From positions 1 through 10,637 of the forward strand of contig NZ_JAEDAM010000071.1 in the NCBI RefSeq assembly GCF_018420025.1: DNA of 10,637 nucleotides, in the 5' to 3' direction. Below, piece after piece: positions 1-7,890 of this stretch. Position numbers and translations under genes: made by a program. The first letter of the stretch is position 1; the number at the start of each line of letters is the position of its first letter. The notes beneath the pieces were generated by a model. The model was not told where the DNA came from and searched no databases. It saw only the letters and a list, made by a program, of their open reading frames with translations. Source of the stretch: Candidatus Vampirococcus lugosii (GTDB lineage Bacteria > Patescibacteriota > Gracilibacteria > Absconditabacterales > Absconditicoccaceae).

Positions 1-55
1 AAAATTCTTGGATAATGGTGATAGTGTTTTTATGATAGAACATGATAAAAATCTT
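1..55. repeat. Left arm of an inverted repeat. Exact over 55 nt, cut by the window edge, with degenerate similarity continuing to ~68.
   Basis: Position x pairs with 10571-x. All of 1-55 are exact complements of 10570-10516. In 56-68, 9 of 13 positions still match. Confidence 0.9.
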
Positions 56-61
56 CTGTAA
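1..61 (+). CDS. 3' end of an ABC-type (UvrA-like) ATPase gene copy that enters from the left of the window. It is a truncated or diverged duplicate of the gene at 10465..10637.
   Basis: Frame starting at nt 2 reads KFLDNGDSVFMIEHDKNLL, then TAA at 59-61. The nucleotides are identical (as reverse complement) to 10516..10570, where the same peptide is embedded in an unmistakable ABC Walker-B/H-loop context. After nt 55 the similarity decays: AAA in the right copy is TAA here, so this copy lacks the last 15 codons. Confidence 0.45.
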   Translation, partial: KFLDNGDSVFMIEHDKNLL

Positions 62-549
62 TATTCTGCCTTTTCTTTATTATTCAAATGAGTTAATACC
101 GTTTTATCATATTCATCTATCAATATTACTACTTGTTTTCCTGTTTTTTCATATATTTTTTTTGCAAGTGTACCTATATTAAAACTTTTTGTAAAATCTT
201 CTAAATTATATATTTTTCAATCATAAAATATTTCAAGCTTTTCATTTATAAATTCATTTACATCTTCAAATTCGTTATAACTTGCAAAACTCATATATAC
301 TACTGGATTTGTTTCTTCAAAATTTCGTTTATCATAAATATATGTATTTTTGAATAATTCTTTTTCTCACATATACAAATATTTTATCATTGATAATGTC
401 AATGATTTCCCAAATCTTCTCGGTCTAGACAAAAAATAATAATTATTACTTATCAATAAATTATATATTATTTTAGTTTTGTCTATATAATAATAATTAT
501 CTGTTATTAATTTCTTAAAATCTTGTATTCATATCGCTATTTTTTTCAT
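1..549 (-). CDS. PF09820-type 'AAA-ATPase-like' protein, N-terminal part. Probably a truncated gene remnant whose open frame runs on into the antisense of the ABC-ATPase repeat.
   Basis: ATG at 549-547. Table-25 translation: MKKIAIGIQDFKKLITDNYYYIDKTKIIYNLLISNNYYFLSRPRRFGKSLTLSMIKYLYMGEKELF...GKQVVILIDEYDKTVLTHL. The FLSRPRRFGKS (P-loop-like) and ILIDEYDK motifs are the hallmark of the predicted AAA-ATPase family, which usually has a C-terminal PD-(D/E)XK domain. Family members are typically ~500 aa, but recognisable sequence stops near nt ~70. Three in-frame TGA codons. The frame stays open to nt 1. Confidence 0.65.
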
Positions 550-584
550 CTATTTAATTTTTTTAATATTACTAAATCCTTTTC

Positions 585-612
585 ATTATAATTTTTTGTT
601 TCACAAAATCAA
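585..612 (-). promoter_or_regulatory. Candidate sigma70-type promoter for the PF09820-like gene (TTGATT-N16-TATAAT on the minus strand).
   Basis: Minus-strand TTGATT is the reverse complement of 607-612. TATAAT is the reverse complement of 585-590. The spacer is 16 nt and the -10 lies ~36 nt upstream of the ATG at 549. In DNA this AT-rich, hexamer matches have low specificity. Confidence 0.3.
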
Positions 613-635
613 TATTTTGTTTTCACACAAAATAT
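594..635. promoter_or_regulatory. Two adjacent related palindromes (TTTTGT-ttc-ACAAAA and ATATTTTGT-tttcac-ACAAAATAT). Candidate operator or AT-rich terminator.
   Basis: 594-599 pairs with 603-608 (6-bp arms). 612-620 pairs with 627-635 (9-bp arms, 6-nt spacer). Both share the core TTTTGTTT(T)CACA(C)AAAAT. They overlap the candidate -35 and spacer of the promoter above and lie 30-70 nt downstream of the ileS stop. Confidence 0.25.
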
Positions 636-664
636 ATAAACTCAAAATTTAATTATTCAATTAA

Positions 665-3600
665 TTATTTTTTTAATCTTACAACTCATTTCACTCAATC
701 CAAATCAAACTCTTTTTCAATATCAAAATCTAATAACTCCTCTACTATTTCAGATAAAGTTTCATTTTGTATATATTCACCAAAATTATCAATTATTTTT
801 TCTCAATTATCAATTTTTAATTGTATTTTTATTCTATCAGCCACATTATAATCTATTTCTTTTCTTGCTTCTTGAATAATTCTTACAATATCTCTTGCAT
901 ATCATTCATTTTTTAATTCTTTAGTTATATTTAAATCCATAGCTATTACTGTTCCAAAACCTCAATGAACAGATAAATCGGATCATTTAGTTTGATAAGA
1001 AATTTCAAATTCATTTTTTTCCAAAACATAGTCCCCTACTTTTATTTTTCAATCTTGTAATTCCTCAAAATTAGCTTCTTTAGCATTTTTAATAATTTCT
1101 TGTACTGCTTTTCAATATTTTGGTCATATAAGTTTTGCATTTGGCATAGCTATTTTTTTTGCAATTTGAGATATATCATAATTAGTAATTACTTTTTTTA
1201 CATTTAATTCATCTTTAATTATATCTATATAATAATCAGATAAATTTTCTCAAATACTAATACTTGCAAGAGCTTGTCTCACTCTCAAACTATTTTTTGA
1301 TCTAAGTCAAAGTCATAAACTTATAATATTTTGAACTAAATTCATTTCTTCATTAAGATCATAATCAATTAATTTTTCATCAAAAAGTGGAAAATTTTCC
1401 AAATGAACAGATTCTTTATCATTAAGTATTTTATAAATTTTTTCAGCTATAAAAGGACAAAATGGAGCCAATACTTTACTAAATTGAATTAATACATAAT
1501 ATAATGTATCATATGCTTGCATTTTATCATCATCATTTTCTGATTTCCAAAATCTTCTTCTAGATCTACGAATATACCAATTTGTAAGATTTTGTACAAA
1601 ATTAGAAATAGAATTAGTAGATTTTTGTAAATCATAATTTAACATACTTTCATCTACTTCTTTTATTAATTGATTTAATTCAGAAATTATCCATTTATCT
1701 AGTTTATTATAATTTAATTTATGAAAATTAGAATTTGAAATTTCATTTAATATTTCATCAAATTGCCCTTCATAATTATCAATATTTGCATAAGTAGTAA
1801 AGAAATACAAAGTATTCCAAATCGGCAAAAGTAATTTTTTTACAACATCCAAAACTCATTCATCCATAAAATTAATATCTCATCATTTTACTAATGGCGA
1901 ATTCATTACATAAAATCTAATAGCATCTCAACCATATTTCAAAAGCAATTCTTTAGGATCAGTAAAATTACCAAAAGATTTGGACATTTTCCTACCATCA
2001 TTACCAGCTATTATACCAGTAGTAATAACATTTTGATAAGCATTTTGATCAAAAAGTGCTACTCCTACAACATGCATAACATAAAACCAAGCTCTAATTT
2101 GTCATACATATTCTACTATAAAATCAGCAGGATAAGCTTTTTCAAAATATTCTTTATTTTCAAAAGGATAATGAAATTGTGATAAACTCATACTACCACT
2201 TTCCAACCAAACATCAAGAACTTCTGACACTCTTGTCAAAGTATTTCAAGTTTTATGAGATTTCAAATATATTTTATCAAGATTATGTTTATGTAAATCT
2301 AATATTTTATTTGTTTGATCAAAAACATAATCAACAGCAAACATTTTATTTATTCAATATTTTGGATTATTTTCCAAATATAAACCAGAATTATATTTTT
2401 CTGTATCATAATCTATATTGTTTCTAAGAAACATTCTAGACAAAAATACTATATCACCATGAGCACATACAAGAATAGTTTTTCATTTATTGTTTTCTAA
2501 TATTTTTTTCATAAAATTAGAAACTCTTTCATAAACTTCTTTTATTTTTTCTCATCATCAATATCAATTTTCCCATTTATAATTTTTACAAGAAAAAACT
2601 TGATCTTGTAAATTAGGAGAATTAACTTCTATTAATTCATCTATTTTATTTATTTTTAATCAATTAATCTCTGCCAAATCTTGAATAGTATTTACACATC
2701 TATCAAGTGGAGAACTATAACAAGCATCTATATTTATATTTTTAAACTTTTCAAATACTTGTTTTGCTTGTTCTTTTCCAATATCGTTTAAACTTGCTTT
2801 ATTTTTGTAATCCATCAATCATTTTTCATTGTAATCAGTTCTTCAATGTCTTACAAAAATTATTTTTGTTACTTGTCCAAAATCTTTATTTTTTTCATAA
2901 ATTTCTTCCAAACTTCAAATTACAAGTTTTTCATCTTCGTTTTCATCAGTCCACATAGGCATAGGAGTTGCCCAATATCTTTTCCTAGATAAACACCAAT
3001 CAGGTGCAAATTCAATATTTTTTGCAAATCTTCAATTTTTTAAATATTCTGGAAACCAATTAATATTTTGATTTTGTTCCAATAATTTATCTTTCATTCA
3101 TTGAATATCAAAAAACCAAGTATCTTGAGTTCTATAAACTAATGGAACTTGAGTTCTAGGACACACTGCTATTCTATGAGTAATATTTTCTTTTTTGAAT
3201 AATTTTCATTCTTCTTTTAATCTTTGTATAATATCTTGTTGACAATCTTTAATAAATCTACATTGATAATCAGGAATTTGATAAGAATAATTACATTCAT
3301 CATCTATACTTTCTGTTTGATAAAGTCAATTATCTTTTCATAATTGAAAATCTACTTCTCCAAATTCTGGAGCTTGATGACCTATACCAGTTCAATCTGT
3401 ATCTGTAATAAAATTAGCATTATATATTTTGAAATTTTTTTCATCAACTTTTCAAACATAAAAATTGAATAATGGCTGATAACTCAATCATACAAGTTTA
3501 TCTCATTTAAATTCTTGTATAATTTCATATTCTCATTTTCATTTCATCACTTCTTCTACTCTATTTTTGGCAAGTATATACTTTTCGCCTTTCAATTTTC

Positions 3601-4384
3601 AAGTTTCATCTTTCAACTCAATAATAACATAATCACAATCTTCATTTACTGCCAAAGCAAGATTTGCTGGTAAAGTCCAAGGTGTAGTAGTCCAAGCAAG
3701 AACATAAACTCATTCCCATTCTTTTCAATTAATTCAAAGATCAAATTTTACTGTAATAGCTGGATCATTCACTGATTCATAACTATCATCCATAGCTACT
3801 TCAAAATTTGATATAGGAGTTCACAATTTCACACTATATTGAGAAATTCTTTTTCATTTGTAAATAAATCATTTATCATAAAATTGTTTAAAAGTCCACA
3901 TAACAGATTCCATATAATTTTGATTCATAGTTTTGTAAGCATTATCCATATCTACCCATCTACCAATATGGTCAATATACCAATTCCATTCACTACTTAC
4001 TTGTTTAGTATAATTATAACATTCTTCAATAAAATTTTCTATTCAATTTTTTTCTATTTCAGAATTTGAATTAATACCAAGTTTTTTCATTACTTTTTCT
4101 TCAACAGCTATTCAATGACAATCCCAACCCCAAATTCTTTCGCATCTTTTTCATTTCATAGTCCAGTATCTAGGAACTGCATCCTTGATTGCAGAAACTA
4201 ATAAATGTCAATAATGAGGAGTTCCAGTAATAAAAGGAGGTCAATCATAAAATCTATAAGGATTATTTTTTGATCTATTTTCAATTGATTTTTCAAAAAT
4301 ATTATTTTCTTTCCAAAAATTTATAATTTCTTCTTCAAGTTTTGGGAAACTTTGTTTTGGATTTAATTCAGGAAACATTTTCAT
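665..4384 (-). CDS. ileS: Isoleucyl-tRNA synthetase, type 2 (eukaryote-like), 1239 aa, with a nested histidine-phosphatase domain.
   Basis: One frame was checked triplet by triplet from 4384 to 668 and contains no TAA or TAG. The stop TAA is the reverse complement of 665-667. Motifs:
- [17 protein letters not shown] (HIGH region, 4199-4252).
- [17 protein letters not shown] (2949-2999).
- [11 protein letters not shown].
- KMSKS (1976-1990).
- The C-terminal [17 protein letters not shown] block.
The ORF-track entry 1313..1852 is an internal piece. By hand count there are about 51 in-frame TGA codons, several at invariant Gly positions. Trp is encoded by TGG. Confidence 0.95.
2303..2866 (-). 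other. Histidine phosphatase (phosphoglycerate-mutase-like, His_Phos_1-type) domain inserted inside IleRS, approximately residues 507-694.
   Basis: In-frame segment: KIIFVRHGRTDYNEKG...[14 protein letters not shown]...ELIEVN...[41 protein letters not shown]. It carries the family motifs RHGxT (His ~513), SSPLxR, GGE and xHG (His ~642). It is flanked by normal IleRS sequence: ...[13 protein letters not shown] upstream and [12 protein letters not shown]...[14 protein letters not shown] downstream. Confidence 0.8.
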
Positions 4385-4760
4385 GATTTTATTATTTTTT
4401 ATATAATTAAATTTATATTATTCTTTAATATTGAAAAAAACTTAATTTTCAAGTAATAAATATTTATTTAAATTCTTGAAATTTATCTTTGTAAACAAAA
4501 AATACTCGCAAATATAATTAAAAAAGAATAACTAGATGATTTAAAAATTTAGAGTATTTCAAAATTATTATTTATATTAAATTATGAAAATTAAATTTAT
4601 CTTATTTGAATCCACTTTTACAATTACCCACTCAAATAATTAAAGAGCATTACTTAAATTGAAAATTTTTCCGAAATACACATCAGAGAAACAGACTACA
4701 GAATAAACAAAATTCACTTTTATCTCTAATTTAGGGACGGGAAATTAGTAATTATTTGTA

Positions 4761-4790
4761 TTGACATTATTAATATAATGTTTATATAGT
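4761..4790 (+). promoter_or_regulatory. Candidate promoter for the beta-CASP operon (TTGACA-N18-TATAGT).
   Basis: TTGACA at 4761-4766 and TATAGT at 4785-4790, 27 nt upstream of the ATG at 4818. This is the only perfect -35 hexamer I noted in the intergenic region. Specificity is low in AT-rich sequence. Confidence 0.35.
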
Positions 4791-4817
4791 ATTTAATTTA
4801 TTTTTTAATTTGTAATT

Positions 4818-6527
4818 ATGGAAAATTCAGGTGATTTAGTTGAACAATCAAGTTGACAAGAACAAGAAGTTTTATGAAAATTAAAGTCTGTAATTGTACA
4901 AACATTATGATGAGTTTGAGATGATGAATGAAATAATTTAACATGATCTAGTACTAGAGTAAGAATAAAAAGAATTTGACAAAAAGATTTGGATATATTG
5001 ATAGATTTGGGAATGTATCAATGATGAAACGAAGAAAAAGTTATTCAGTCCAACAAAGAATTACCTGTAAATCCTAATAAAATTGATGCAGTAATTTTAA
5101 CTCATGCCCATCTTGATCATATATGAAGAATACCTATGCTTGTAAATAATTTACAAAGTATATTTAAATGACCTATATATGCTACCAAAGTAACTTCTAT
5201 GTTGACATTGATATCATTACAAGATAGTGCCAAAATTATGAAAGAAAATTTGGAAACAACAGAATCTAGAGCTAGTAGACTTAAATCTTTTTTGAACACT
5301 CAATTATGAGAATTAAATTCTTTTCTTTCTGCTCAAAATAATAGATCAACTAGAAATAGATCAAATTATAGTAAAATTAAAGAAATAAGACAAAAATTTA
5401 CAAAAGAAGAATTGGAACAAAAAATAGAAGAAATAAGAGATTTACTAAAAGAATATTGAGTAGAAAAAAATTCTGATATTGCTAATGTTTATAGATGAAA
5501 ATTAGATAATGCAAAAGATAAACTTTTATACAATGAAGAAGATGTATTAAAAGCTTATTCTCTTATTAAACAAACTGAATTTTATCAAAAAGTGGAAATT
5601 TTACCTTGAGTTAAATTAATGTTTTTTAATGCTTGACATATAATGTGAGCTTGACAAGTTTTTCTTGAAATTGATAAATGAAATTGACAAACATTTAATA
5701 TGTGATTTAGTTGAGATGTTTGAAGATTTTTTGATGAAACTTATATATGAAAACCTGATGTTCCAGACAAAAATTTTGATTTTTATCAAATAGAATCTAC
5801 TTATTGAAATAGAGAACATAGTGATAAACAAATGGAAGATCAAAAAATGATTGATGAAATAAATAAAATAAAAAAAAGATGATGAAAGATTTTGATCCCC
5901 TGTTTTATGATACAGAGAATACAAGATATATCTATCAAATTACTAGAATTAATGGATAAATGAAAAATTCCAAAAATGCAAATATATTATGATTGATTAT
6001 ATACTGAAAAAATAAATAATATATATCGTTTATCTGATAATCCAAATTACAAAAATTTATGAAATAATTTATTAGTACCTATAAATAATGATGAAGTTCC
6101 TAATGAATTTGTAAAAACTAAAAAAACTTGTATTATGCTTGCTCCTTCTGGTATGATGCATTGAGGAAGTATTCAAAAATATATAAAACCTATTCTTGCA
6201 GATAAAAAAAATTCTTTATTTTTTGTTTGATATCAAGCTGAATGAACTAATTGAAGAAAAATTCTTGATTGACTTAGAAGTTTTGATCTTCCTTGAGTTT
6301 GATATGTTGATATAAAATCAGAAATACAAGTTTTTCGTAGTTTTTCTTGACATGGCGACAAAAATGATCTTAGATATTTAATGTTGGAACTTTGATTGAA
6401 GAGAAATTCAAAAGTTTTGGTAAATCATGGTGATCAAGTTGCACAAGAAAAATTAGTAGAAACATTAAAATGAGATTGATTTGATGTTCAATGAGCAAAT
6501 GTTTGAGATATTTATAAACTTTATTAA
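4818..6527 (+). CDS. beta-CASP family metallo-beta-lactamase-fold nuclease/ribonuclease (TTHA0252 / CPSF73-like / RNase J-related), 569 aa.
   Basis: The frame was verified line by line with no TAA or TAG. ATG at 4818 and TAA at 6525-6527. Motifs in order:
- LIDLGMYQG.
- AVILTHAHLDHIGRIP (HxHxDH; the following Gly is TGA at 5124-5126).
- FFNAGHIMGAGQV.
- IESTYGNREH.
- GKILIPCF.
- FSGHGDKNDL.
- VLVNHGD.
By hand count there are about 44 in-frame TGA codons. Confidence 0.9.
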
Positions 6528-6528
6528 T

Positions 6529-6667
6529 ATGGTGGAAACTAATAATTATAATTTAGAAAAATGAGAAACATATCTTGGAAATAATTTTATTGATTTATAC
6601 AAAAGACAAGTTTTATCTTCTTTGTCAGAATGACAATTAGATGATATTATTAAAAATAAAACTATAA
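6529..6667 (+). other. Frame-disrupted 5' region of the downstream hypothetical gene.
   Basis: ATG GTG GAA ACT at 6529-6540 (frame 1) runs straight into TAA at 6541-6543. A protein-like frame-2 stretch at 6542-6661 (NNYNLEKGETYLGNNFIDLYKRQVLSSLSEGQLDDIIKNK) ends at TAA 6665-6667. It would join the long frame-1 ORF if one extra A were present in the run 6653-6661. Confidence 0.4.
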
Positions 6668-6693
6668 TTATAGATTTATATATTAGAAAATAT

Positions 6694-7866
6694 TTGTATT
6701 CATGAAATTGGAAAACTGAAATAAGTTTTTCTCCTATTCAATGACTTCCAGAATGATTAAAAATACAAAATCCTGATGTACTTATACAATTTTGTAAAAT
6801 ACATTGATTTTTTCCTATTATTCAAAATATTTATTTGGATAAAATAGATATTAGCAAAATTAAAGAAATACCTCAATTATTAAATTTATTTATTTGGATG
6901 ATAAAAAATTGAGATATACATTATGCACTTTATTCTGAAATTAGTAAAATAATAGATATACTTGAATGAAATTGACTTAATAATTATGATATTGCTGATT
7001 TTTATTATATTATGTCTGTTTTTGACAATATTAGAACTGTTGGTACTAGAGATATACCACAATCTTTTTGAAGTTGATTACAAAAAAATAGAAATCAATG
7101 AACTTTCTCTGAAAATATTTTTTGTGAAATTGCTTTTAGATTGGAAAATGAACTTAGAAAAGCTCTAGGAATATATTCAACATATTTGAAACTTGCAAGT
7201 ATGAGAGAAGATAATGAAAGAAAAACTGATATGAATATTACAGTAAATAAATGAGAAAACGATTTAGATTCTTACAAAACATACCCTGTACAATTTACTA
7301 TTTCAAATATTGAAGAAAATAAAAAATTAAATAGACAATATAATGTCAATAAAAAAATATTATGAATAGAAAAATGGCTTTTTACAGAAATGTTTAAAAC
7401 TAAAACTAAAATAACACCATTTATAGTTTTATCTGTAAATTGAGATTTTGCAAAAAAATTATCAAAAGGTGAATTTCAAGAACAATATGATAAACGAATT
7501 TCAAATAAAGAATTTAGAGAAAGTCAATCTGATTCCAAATTCCCATTTTTTATAAATATTTTGAAACAAGAAGATTTAGTATGAGCAAAAGTTTGATATG
7601 TAGTTTTGAATATATTTATTTCAAAAATTGATCTTGAAGATCAAAATCTTATGTCTGAAGATATTGAACATAAAATAAAAGAAATATTGGAAAATATGGA
7701 ATGAAAAAAAATATGATGGATATTTTTGGATAAAATTTCTATTAAAATTTCAGAAAAAAAAACAATAAAATCTCCAAATCCTAAACAAAAAATAAATCTT
7801 ACATTTTATGATATAGAATATTCTTACAAAGAAAAAAAATATTGAAATATGAAAATATATATATAA
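6694..7866 (+). CDS. Hypothetical protein with no recognisable family. This is a conservative call from the first canonical start (TTG) in the long open frame. The frame is open from 6661.
   Basis: Frame 1 has no TAA or TAG from 6661 to the TAA at 7864-7866 (402 codons, checked line by line), which is not expected by chance at this AT content. TTG at 6694; the first ATG is at 6898. It contains many in-frame TGA codons. The gene begins one nt after the beta-CASP stop if the disrupted 5' part is included. Sample sequence: ...IHGFFPIIQNIYLDK...VGTRDIPQSFGSGLQKNRNQGTFSENIFCEIAFRLENELRKALG... Confidence 0.6.
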
Positions 7867-7890
7867 TTTTTATTTTAAATATTTTAAGAT

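Noticed and set aside
2303-2866. The insertion in IleRS as an intein or a mobile-element insertion.
   Set aside because: There is no Cys/Ser/Thr nucleophile at the N-junction with His-Asn plus Cys/Ser/Thr at the C-junction, and there are no homing-endonuclease motifs. The segment instead carries the ordered RHG / SSPLxR / GGE / xHG motifs of histidine phosphatases and is in frame with no repeats at its borders.
2179-4069. ORF-track entries 2179..2427(+), 2764..2958(+) and 3839..4069(+).
   Set aside because: They lie antisense to the verified, motif-rich ileS frame. Their products are low-complexity F/I/L/N/Y-rich translations with no recognisable motif. They are shadow ORFs that arise because the standard code breaks the real gene.
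4385-4817. A T-box leader upstream of ileS, or a tRNA gene (including a tRNA-Gly-UCA) in the long intergenic region.
   Set aside because: On the minus strand I found nothing matching the conserved T-box core (AGGGUGGNACCNCG); the nearest string is GAGTGGGTAATTG. No cloverleaf is evident. The TTTGAATCC / GGATTCAAAT strings lack complementary T-stem arms. A covariance-model scan would still be needed to be certain.
5117-5924. ORF-track entries 5117..5299(-) and 5616..5924(-).
   Set aside because: They are antisense to the beta-CASP nuclease gene, whose + frame carries every family motif. No independent support.
6962-7168. ORF-track entry 6962..7168(+), 68 aa, hydrophobic.
   Set aside because: It is in frame 2. 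Frame 1 is open for 402 codons across the same region under table 25, so the 68-aa ORF is an out-of-frame overlap.
7867-7890. Possible shared terminator in the 24-bp convergent gap between the hypothetical gene and the O-antigen-ligase gene.
   Set aside because: Only an 8-bp all-AT palindrome (AAATATTT) is present, which is expected by chance at this base composition. There is no stable stem.
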